A stretch of DNA of 12,123 nt, from positions 1-12,123 of the forward strand of contig NW_021826672.1 in the NCBI RefSeq assembly GCF_006345805.1. The letters are read 5' to 3'. Source of the DNA: Octopus sinensis. Its lineage: Eukaryota. Within the stretch, counting starts at the first letter, position 1; every line of letters begins with the position of its first letter. Positions 1 through 7,569 of the stretch are shown here, piece after piece. The position numbers and the translations under genes are program-made. The notes below the pieces were generated by a model. It was not told the DNA's origin, searched no databases, and saw only the letters and a list, made by a program, of their open reading frames with translations.

Positions 1-40
1 GGTAAGGCAGGTACTTCCCATGCAGCCACTATATATATAT

Positions 41-425
41 CTCTCTTTTACTTGTTTCAGTCATTTGACTGTGGCCATGCTGGAGCACCGCTTTTAGTCG
101 AGCAAATCGACCCCGGGACTTATTCTTTTTGTAAGCCCAGTACTTATTCTATCAGTCTCTGACGGGGACGTAAACACATCAGCATCGGTTGTCAAGCAAT
201 GCTAGGGGAACAAACACACACAAACACACACTCACATATATATATATATATATACATATATACGACAGGCTTCTTTCAGTTTCCGTCTACCAAATCCACT
301 CACAAGGCATTGGTCGGCCCGGGGCTATAGCAGAAGACACTTGCCCAAGATGCCGCGCAGTGGGACTGAACCCGGAACCATGTGGTTGGTTAGCAAGCTA
401 CTTACCACACAGCCACTCCTGCGCC
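41..425 (-). mobile_element. tRNA-derived SINE, family A, full length
   Basis: The minus strand starts GGCGCAGGAGTGGCTGTGTGGTAAG (A-box-like) followed by GGTTCAGTCCC (B-box-like). It has an internal AT/GT microsatellite and a 3' tail GTCAAATGACTGAAACAAGTAAAAGAGAG. It is co-linear with the copy at 1067-1526 apart from an ~18-bp deletion. Both flanks read TATATATATAT (30-40 and 426-436), a candidate 11-bp TSD. Confidence 0.9.
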
Positions 426-525
426 TATATATATATGAGCGTTCGATTTGTCCATTAAACTGTTTGTGTAAAAACCTTTTCTTTCGACTTCTTGTACATG
501 AATTGTTTACACTATAATTACCATG

Positions 526-530
<5 letters not shown>

Positions 531-595
<65 letters not shown>

Positions 596-640
596 TGTGT
601 GTGTGCTGTGTCTGTGTCTGTGTGTCTGTGTCTTTGTGTC
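531..640. repeat. (GT)n microsatellite degenerating to (GTCT/GTGT)
   Basis: Read directly. It occupies the internal microsatellite slot of the SINE. Confidence 0.97.
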
Positions 641-880
641 TATTTTCGATCCCCATCAACCTCCGCTTGGTAACCAATGTTGGCAATGTTGGTTTGTTTA
701 CGTCCCCGTAAGCTAACGGTTCAGTAAAATAATCAATAGTCCTGATCGATTATGTACCAAACTTAAAACAAACAAAAAACAATAGAAATAATTACTTAGA
801 TCAATTCATTCGACTAACAAAATTCTTGAAGGCAGTGCCCCAGCATGACCACAGTCTAATGACTGAAACAGGCAAAATAT
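531..880 (+). mobile_element. Old 5'-truncated SINE A-related copy (3' half)
   Basis: After the (GT)n tract come TTGGTTTGTTTACGTCCCCGTAAGCT, TTCATTCGACTAA and GCAGTGCCCCAGCATGACCACAGTCTAATGACTGAAACAGG, diverged matches to the 3' half of the other family A copies. No tRNA head is present. Confidence 0.75.
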
Positions 881-962
881 AGTAGATAACCCTCCTAAAC
901 ACTCATAAGAAGCCGGTATTGTTGTTCTTATTGTTATTATTGTTAATCTGGTTCTTCTTCAG

Positions 963-1040
963 GTTGTTTATACTCAGGACATACTCCATCATCAAATAGA
1001 ACCATGGATGAAATGCTTTCCATTCATGACCATCCTGTTA
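963..1040 (-). mobile_element. Possible decayed fragment of a third interspersed repeat
   Basis: GTTGTTTA...TTCCATTCATGACCATCCTGTT weakly resembles 8835-8910 and an octopus repeat I recall. Unverified. Confidence 0.25.
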
Positions 1041-1066
1041 GTTTGTATACGACAATGTTGAACATA

Positions 1067-1248
1067 GGCGCAAGAATGGCTGTGTGGTAAGTAACCTGCT
1101 TACCAACCACACGGTTCCGGGTTCAGTCCCACTGCGTGGCACCTGGGAAAGTGTCTTCTACTACTATGCCTCGGGCCGACCAAAGCCTTGTGAGTGGATT
1201 TAGTAGACGGAAACTGAAAGAACCCTCGTATATATATATATATATATA

Positions 1249-1296
<48 letters not shown>

Positions 1297-1526
1297 GTGT
1301 GTGTGTGGTGTGTGTTTTTGTGTGTCTGTGTTTGTCCCCCCAACATCGCTTGACACCGATTCTGGATGTTTACGTCCCCGTAACTTAGCGGTTCGGCAAA
1401 AGAGACCGATAGAATAAGTACTAGGCTCCCAAAGAATAAGTCCGGGGTCGATTTGCTCGACTAAAAGGCGGTGCTCCAGCATGGCCAGAGTCAAATGGCT
1501 GAAACAAGTAAAAATGAGAAAGAGAT
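1067..1526 (+). mobile_element. tRNA-derived SINE, family A, full length
   Basis: GGCGCAAGAATGGCTGTGTGGTAAG head with A-box-like 1077-1087 and B-box-like GGTTCAGTCCC at 1120-1130. Internal (TA)n(GT)n at 1229-1330, GTCGA-N5-TCGAC hairpin at 1447-1461, tail GAAACAAGTAAAAATGAGAAAGAG. Confidence 0.92.
1229..1330. repeat. Compound (TA)n/(GT)n microsatellite inside the SINE
   Basis: Read directly. Confidence 0.97.
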
Positions 1527-1812
1527 ACATTTCCTATTCTCTGTCTTTTGTTTTCCTCTTTCCGAGAGAGAGTAATGTATGAGTTGATTATCTTTATTTG
1601 ATATTTTTAGCAGAGTGAAGAACGACCATGAAGAGCAAAGGTCAACCAAGTCCCAGAAGACCCTTGAGGACCCATGTAAGATTTTTTGGTGTGGTCCATG
1701 CAAGCAAAATCTTTAATTGGAGGCCCTCGGTAGTGCTTATGGGGTCCTTCAAAATATTTGGCTTCGGATGTAATTATTGCTGGAAACATCGAAGTTTCTG
1801 TAATATTTTACA

Positions 1813-2230
1813 GACATAGCATTGTGGTAAGAAGCTTGCTTTCCGACCACATGGACCCAAAGCGTGGCACCTTGAGCAAGTGTCTTCTACTATAGCTTCT
1901 ACTGTAGTGTCTTCTACTTGAGCAAGCGTCTTCTACTATTGCCTTGTGAGTGGATTTGGTAGGTAGAAACTGAAAGAAGCCAGTTGCATGTGTGTGTGTG
2001 TGTGTGTATGTGTGTGTGTGTGTTTGACAATATTTGATCCCACCACCGTCGCTTGACAACTGATGTTGGTGTGTTTGCGTCTCCGTAACGTAGCGGTTCC
2101 GCAAAAGAGACCGATAGAATAAGAACAAGTTTTATAAAGTCTTGGGGTCGATTTCCTCGACTATAAAATCCTTTAAGGCGGCGCCCAAGCATGGCTGCAG
2201 TCAAATGATTGAAACAAATAAAAGAATAAA
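1813..2230 (+). mobile_element. tRNA-derived SINE, family A variant with a rearranged head
   Basis: TGTGGTAAGAAGCTTGCT head remnant with the B-box region lost. CTTGAGCAAGYGTCTTCTACTAT is duplicated. Then GCCTTGTGAGTGGATTTGGTAG, (TG)n at 1988-2022, GTCGATTTCCTCGAC at 2147-2161 and the tail GAAACAAATAAAAGAATAAA. Confidence 0.88.
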
Positions 2231-2874
2231 TGAGTGGTTTAACATATTTCTGACCACCGAAACATGCTCTCTCAGAGTGCAATTACAAAACTTATACAAG
2301 AGAACCTGTGAAAAACAAAATATGAATTTTGAAAGAAGTATCTATAAAATTAGTCTTTAAACATCGAATGGTGATGGAGGTCCGTCAGAATGAAATTCTA
2401 ATCAAAGAAGTCCATAAGAAAAAAAAAGAAAAAACGGTTAAGGACCACTTGACACTGAGGATCTCAAGTTAGTTCGAGATAGAGTTGTTGTTCTGGAACA
2501 TGGGGGACTGTTATAATCTTATTTATTCTTGCCATTTTTTATTCTTGTAGCAGTGTCTCTATTTCACAGTGTATTTTGAAGACGTAAGGCAGTCAGAAAA
2601 AAGCTAAAGGCCCTACTGATTTTTTAGAAGGTAGAAATGAGATTTTTGTCATCTACGAATTTACGAAAAACATGTGATGTAAATGAAGCTAAAACGTTTG
2701 TGTAGCATCATGGGAGCTTCGATATTTACTCACGGTGTTTAATACATATATATATAATTTTTGTTTCTGTCTGTCTGTATTAAATTACGAATTAAAAACA
2801 GGTCTGGTAATGTAAACATTATTGGTCGTATGCACAAAGTGTATGTGTTTTGTTTAAACGCCCATTTGCTGCAG

Positions 2875-3033
2875 GTTAGCGTACGGGGAAAGCACCCTGC
2901 GCGACGCCGAGGGATTCAGAGCAGACAAGGCAACGCGCCCCGAATCATCGAGAATAGCAGATAACCGATATTTCACCATTTCTGCAGCTTATCAATGCAA
3001 TGTACTCGGATCACCTCGAAATCAGATTAATTT
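2875..3033 (+). other. GC/CpG-rich patch; candidate 159-bp exon or regulatory element
   Basis: 51/80 G+C over 2871-2950 and 13 CpG over about 2876-3020. It is preceded by TTTGCTGCAG (acceptor-like, ending 2874). One frame is open (LAYGESTLRDAEGFRADKATRPESSRIADNRYFTISAAYQCNVLGSPRNQIN) up to a possible GTGAAT donor at 3034 or TGA at 3035-3037. I do not recognise the peptide. Confidence 0.2.
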
Positions 3034-3050
3034 GTGAATTTATGTTCCTA

Positions 3051-3170
3051 AGACAGGTAGATCGACAGACAGAGAAACAGACAAACAGACAAACAGACAG
3101 ACAGGTATATAGACAGACAGACAGATAAATAGAGAGATAGGTAAACATACTAACAGACAGACAGATAGAT
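3051..3170. repeat. Degenerate (CAGA/GACA)n tetranucleotide microsatellite
   Basis: Read directly: repeated ACAG, ACAA and ATAG units. Confidence 0.93.
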
Positions 3171-3209
3171 ACATTCAGTTTAACCGAATATTTCCTGGTA
3201 AAACCTACA

Positions 3210-3248
3210 CCATATATATACCTATACATATAATTACATATATATATG

Positions 3249-3292
<44 letters not shown>

Positions 3293-3420
3293 CCATTCCG
3301 AAATATAACAATATATATATATAATATATCTACATACATATATATATGCATATATGCATGCATACTATACATATACACACACCCACATATATAGATACAC
3401 ATACACAACGTATCTGTGTA

Positions 3421-3453
<33 letters not shown>

Positions 3454-3470
3454 ATGCGTGTGTATGTATG
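3210..3470. repeat. Compound (AT)n/(AC)n/(GT)n microsatellite
   Basis: Read directly. Confidence 0.95.
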
Positions 3471-3598
3471 TAATTACATTTCAGCCTCGCTAAACCTGAG
3501 TGTTAAGAAACAATAGCCGACAAGAGAACATGAAGGAATCTAATGGCCGATGTTACATTGGTGTAAAAGTGAACTGGAACAAAAGAATACAAAACAAA

Positions 3599-3625
3599 AC
3601 ACACACACACACACACACACACACA
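3599..3625. repeat. (AC)n microsatellite
   Basis: Read directly. Confidence 0.97.
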
Positions 3626-3810
3626 ACAAAAAAATCTATACAGATAATGCCAACGTCCATTTTTGGCCACCATATATGTATGTGTAATAAAAGGTAACTG
3701 AGATTCATGAAATTGTTCTTAGCCCAAAACATAATGGCTACAACACGTTTAATAAGCATATGTGCATTGGCATTGCTGATAGAGAGATGTAATAACGGAA
3801 TATCAGTAAT

Positions 3811-3910
3811 CTTTTTATATTTTTTTCTCTATTGTTTACTTTCATTTTTGGTATTTATTTTTTGTTCTTGTTTTGTTTTGTTTTTTGGTTTTGGTCTTTG
3901 CTTTATTTTT
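3811..3910. repeat. T-rich low-complexity tract with (TTTTG)-like units
   Basis: Read directly. Confidence 0.85.
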
Positions 3911-3923
3911 GTGTGAATGTAAA

Positions 3924-4428
3924 TGTGTGTGCTTATATATGTGTGTTTGTTTGTATGCATGCATGTGTGTACGCGTGCATGTGTGTGTATGTGCGTATGT
4001 GTATATGTGTGTGTGATAACATGGCCCCACATTTGCTTGTATTCGCTTATATATATATGTGTATATATGCATATATATATATATAATATACACACATATA
4101 TATGTATATATATATATATAAATATACACACATATATGTATATATATATATATATATATAACGCACATATATGCATATATATATATATATATATATAATA
4201 TACACACATATGTATATATATATATAATATACACACATATATGTATATATAATAATATACACACATATATGTATATATATATATAATATACACACATATA
4301 TGTATATATATATAATATACACACATATATGTATGTATATATATATATATATATATACATACATGCAAGCTTACACATTTACATATATGCATATACATGT
4401 AAAATTACGCGTATATTTATACATATAA

Positions 4429-4468
<40 letters not shown>

Positions 4469-4609
4469 GTATACATTTATGTATATGCATATATTTGTGT
4501 TTACATATATATATCCACACAATTATAAATATGTATACGTGTGTAATTATACTTGTGTGCATGCATACACCTGCATAAGTGTGTGAGTGTGCATGTATGC
4601 ATGTATGCA

Positions 4610-4652
<43 letters not shown>

Positions 4653-4680
4653 TGTGTCTGAGTGCATCTATGTGTGTGTA
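3924..4680. repeat. Large compound microsatellite field ((GT)n, (AT)n, (GCAT)-like)
   Basis: Read directly. It generates the I/Y/C/V/H/T-rich ORFs in the track. Confidence 0.95.
4085..4345. repeat. Minisatellite AATATACACACATATATGT(AT)n, about 8 units of 28-39 bp
   Basis: Unit starts at 4085, 4121, 4160 (variant), 4197, 4226, 4254, 4285 and 4314. Confidence 0.9.
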
Positions 4681-5024
4681 TTTATTTAACAATGAATGTA
4701 TATAGTTATACTTACAAATCTAACGTTTTATGTAGTGATTAACAATGTTACGGCAACAAAGCCGCAATGCATTAGTTAAGATTGATTTTAAACATAAAAT
4801 ACTGTACAATGATACAATTGCTTTATGTTATTCTCTACTTAGATCTCCGTTGCTATCAGGTATCAATATGGCTGTGTCTAGGCTATAAATGGCAACACTA
4901 TATGTACAATCTAATCATATAATATTGTTTATATCGTCAATCAACATATGTAGAGTCGCAGCTGACTAATTCCACAGAGTTCGGTGAATCACAAGGAAAA
5001 TTTGTAATTTTTACCCCATACACG

Positions 5025-5225
5025 TATTGCTCTACAATGTACTATAATCTATGAAACTGTACTACACTGCGGCATATTGTTCTACAATGTACTATACGCT
5101 ACTTCAGTATCCCCTGACACTGACACAATGCTACACTAGAATACTCTTCACTATACTGTATTTCGCAATACTGTAAACTATTTCATTAGAGTGCAGTACA
5201 CAACCCAACGCTGTATTGTAGTATT
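5025..5225. repeat. Degenerate pentamer satellite (consensus ~YAYTR), segment 1
   Basis: 5-bp periodic units such as CTCTA CAATG TACTA and TACTA CACTG. Weaker periodicity may begin near 4790. Confidence 0.7.
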
Positions 5226-5245
5226 CAATGGAATGTCTTTTGTTA

Positions 5246-5459
5246 TTTTTTTTTTTTGTACTATAAGCACAAGTCCTGGAATTTGAGAAGAGGGGATTAG
5301 TCGATTACAACGCAACCCCCCCACCCCCCGTTTTCAATTGCTACTTATTTTATCGACCCCGAAAGGATGAATGGCAAATTTGACTTTAGCGGAATATGAA
5401 TTCAGAAGGTAGGGACGGACCAAATGCCGCTAAGCAATTCTCCCGGCGCAGTAACGATC
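5246..5459 (-). mobile_element. tRNA-derived SINE, family B, older copy lacking the first ~15 nt
   Basis: The minus strand reads GATCGTTACTGCGCCGGG...GAATTCATATTCCGC...TTCATCCTTTCGGGGTCGATAAAATAAGTA...GGACTTGTGC and ends in a poly(A) (T12 at 5246-5257). Co-linear with 7570-7787. Confidence 0.85.
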
Positions 5460-5689
5460 CTTATTTCTTTATTGCCCACAAGGGGCTAAACATAGAGGGG
5501 ACAAACAAGGACAGACAAAGGTATTAAGTCGATTGCATCGACCCCAGTGCTTAACTGGTGCTTATTTCGACCCCGAAAGGATGAAAGGCTAAGGCGACCT
5601 CGGCGGAATGTGAACTCAAAACGTAGCGGCAGACGAAATACCGCTAAGAATTTCGCCCGGCGTGCTAACGTTTCTGCCAGCTCACCGCC
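5460..5689 (-). mobile_element. tRNA-derived SINE, family B, younger subfamily, full length
   Basis: The minus strand reads GGCGGTGAGCTGGCAGAAACGTTAGCACGCCGGG, B-box-like GAGTTCACATTCC, core CCTTTCATCCTTTCGGGGTCGA, hairpin GTCGA-N5-TCGAC (5528-5542) and a distinct tail GCCCCTTGTGGGCAATAAAGAAATAAG. Confidence 0.92.
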
Positions 5690-5911
5690 TATGCATATTA
5701 TAAATATTTAAACACACCGTCGTCTTAAATCAAAGCTTGAAGAGTTGTACATCTGCCTGTTTTCCGGACCTTCAAGTTTTCAGTGAAGAAAGGAAGATCG
5801 TATGCTGCTGGGGTCTCAGTTGAATTTCCCAAGTAAACTGCTAAGGAAGTTCAAGCAGACGGGGCGCTAAGTCTTCTACACACTTAAGTACGTAACGTTT
5901 GTTTATAATAA

Positions 5912-5967
5912 GAAACGCTGCTAAACATATTTTCAGGCATGATAACGATTTTGCAAGGTCGGTGCCT
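5912..5967 (-). mobile_element. Decayed SINE B head fragment
   Basis: Minus-strand GACCTTGCAAAATCGTTATCATGCCTGAAAATATGTTTAGCAGCGTTTC aligns to the family B head GAGCTGGCAGAAACGTTAGCACGCCGGGCGAAATTCTTAGCGGTATTTC. Confidence 0.55.
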
Positions 5968-5995
5968 TAACCCTATCGAATATTTCAATAGACTT

Positions 5996-6484
5996 CATTA
6001 CACTGCACTACAAAACACTGCGTAGTAGCACCAGTTACGAAACTACAGCTCGCAATATTACACTACAGGATAGGACACTGCACCTCGGTACATTACGTGT
6101 TACTGTACTGCACTATAGAAATTGACTGAAACACACTGCACAACTACAGCTCCCTACATTCCGCTACACTACAGTCCACAGGACAACACAGGAAGTCAAA
6201 ACATTAGGTGGAAATAAACAGGACTACGCAACAGTTAGCTGAAACAGAGCGCCTGACGTTACTCGGCACAATACAACATTACATTGCACACAACACCGCA
6301 CAGTACTTCATTTCCCCACACTATCAAACTTTATACTATATTACACAACACTGCATTGCACACAACACAGCGCAGTACTTCATTGCCCTACACTATCAAA
6401 CTTTATACTATATTACACAACACTGCATTGCACACAACGCAGCGCAGTACTTCATTGCCCTACACTATCAATCTTTATACTATA
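5996..6484. repeat. Degenerate pentamer satellite, segment 2
   Basis: Starts CATTA CACTG CACTA CAAAA CACTG and contains the 72-bp tandem repeat. Confidence 0.8.
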
Positions 6485-6910
6485 CTAGCAGTATCGCCCG
6501 GCGTTGCTCGGGTTTGTAAGGGAAATAACTATATAAGCATTTTTAGAGAGTTACTTTCCTTATATAATATCCAAAAAATGCATTAAAAATGGGAAACATG
6601 ATGGTAATTTTTTTTAATCTTAGAATCATCATAGAAGCGCGCTAAGCATTTTTAGAGAGTTACGTCCCTTATATAATAGCCAAAAAATTTTTTTTAATCG
6701 TAGACTCATCGTAGACGCGCACTAATACCCAGAAGGGCTCGATATGAATCACGACTATAAGATACCCGGTTTTGGTTAAACTGCACCGCAAAATGTGGGA
6801 GTAGTTAGGAATCTAAAGCGTAGGAGACAGACACACAACCTCACTTTTATATATAAAGATTACACAACACGGCATTGTACACAACGCAGCGCAGTACTTC
6901 ATTGCCGTAC
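6282..6910. repeat. 72-bp tandem repeat (about 3.5 units), interrupted by a Helitron
   Basis: Units start at 6282, 6354 and 6426. Unit 4 starts at 6873, which equals 6498 after removing the 375-bp insertion. Confidence 0.93.
6485..6859 (-). mobile_element. Non-autonomous Helitron, 375 bp
   Basis: The minus strand starts 5'-TC (TCTTTATATATAAAAG) and ends CTAG-3'. A GC-rich hairpin CCCGAGCAACGCCGGG (6497-6512) lies 12 nt from the 3' end. It is inserted between A and T with no TSD, and removing it restores TACTATA^TTACACAAC of the flanking 72-bp unit. Confidence 0.92.
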
Positions 6911-7155
6911 ATTGTCCAATGTTAAACACAATTACATTATTCTCTGATCCATTAGTCTGCACTACGGAAGGCAGTACTACACAATGCAACAAACTCGACA
7001 GAATACTTAATCACACACTACACGGCATTGCGCTGTATTAAATTACATTGAATAATATCACATTAGACTCCAATAAACTACAATGTACTGCTCTACAGTC
7101 GACCATACTATATTTCATTATATTTCTCCGAACTATGCCACACCACTCTACGATA
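6860..7155. repeat. Degenerate pentamer satellite, segment 3
   Basis: In register from 7061: CATTA GACTC CAATA AACTA CAATG TACTG CTCTA CAGTC GACCA TACTA TATTT CATTA. Confidence 0.82.
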
Positions 7156-7260
7156 TAATGGTTTTAACTTTGGCGGAAGGTCATACAAAGTGAGCAGCAA
7201 GCCACAACAGAGTACTTCTCAAACTCTGGTTAAGCGCTGTGTATCATTAAGCTATCCTTG

Positions 7261-7568
7261 GCACCCTACACTACGATATGTTGCACCGTTGTTTCATTCA
7301 CTACACTAGTACTACACTCTAATATACCAGGGAGTACACTATACTGCATCATATTAAATTATGTTACACTGAATTACATTACACAACACTGCACAATTCT
7401 AGATTGCCCTTACGACACTTTGTTACTAAGACTACAAAACAGTACACTGTATACCTTGCTACGCCACACTGCATTATATTACGCTAGACAACACTATGGC
7501 CTATTACACCGGATTATACTAAACTACACTATCCTATGTTGCATTGCACTATATTATATCACACTATA
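7261..7568. repeat. Degenerate pentamer satellite, segment 4
   Basis: In register from 7337: CACTA TACTG CATCA TATTA AATTA TGTTA CACTG AATTA CATTA CACAA CACTG. Confidence 0.85.
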
Positions 7569-7569
7569 A

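Noticed and set aside
1-12. GGTAAGGCAG donor-like motif at the window start
   Set aside because: The upstream context lies outside the window, so it cannot be assessed.
1067-1145. tRNA-like sequence with A- and B-box motifs (also 5610-5689 and 7570-7660)
   Set aside because: No complete cloverleaf or acceptor stem, and each runs directly into a SINE body, so these are SINE heads rather than tRNA genes.
189-2282. ORFs of 60-135 aa overlapping the SINE copies
   Set aside because: They are translations of SINE bodies and their internal microsatellites (YI, CV and HT runs), with no domain-like content.
2454-2495. CTGAGGA followed by the hairpin ATCTC...GAGAT, resembling a hammerhead
   Set aside because: No GAAA after the stem and no stem I or cleavage triplet.
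3707-3916. ORF with a signal-peptide-like start (MATTRLISICALALLIERCNNG) and a hydrophobic tail
   Set aside because: The hydrophobicity comes from the T-rich low-complexity tract, and there is no convincing promoter or donor context.
3829-4692. Long ORFs up to 189 aa rich in I, Y, C, V, H and T
   Set aside because: Artefacts of (AT)n/(GT)n repeats, which lack stop codons in several frames.
5780-5835. GTGAAGAAAGGAAG... as a decayed hammerhead core, or a 49-nt exon (KKGRSYAAGVSVEFP)
   Set aside because: The GAAA half and a proper stem II are absent, the donor is mediocre and the peptide is unrecognised. The segment 5700-5900 remains unassigned and may be a repeat fragment.
6282-6497. Regularly spaced repeats suggestive of a CRISPR array
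   Set aside because: Units are contiguous and near-identical with no unique spacers, there are no cas genes, and the context is eukaryotic.
6208-7569. ORFs with 24-aa repeats (IAHNTAQYFIALHYQTLYYITQHC) and Y/T/L-rich peptides
   Set aside because: Explained by the 72-bp repeat and the pentamer satellite. The array is disrupted by a Helitron.
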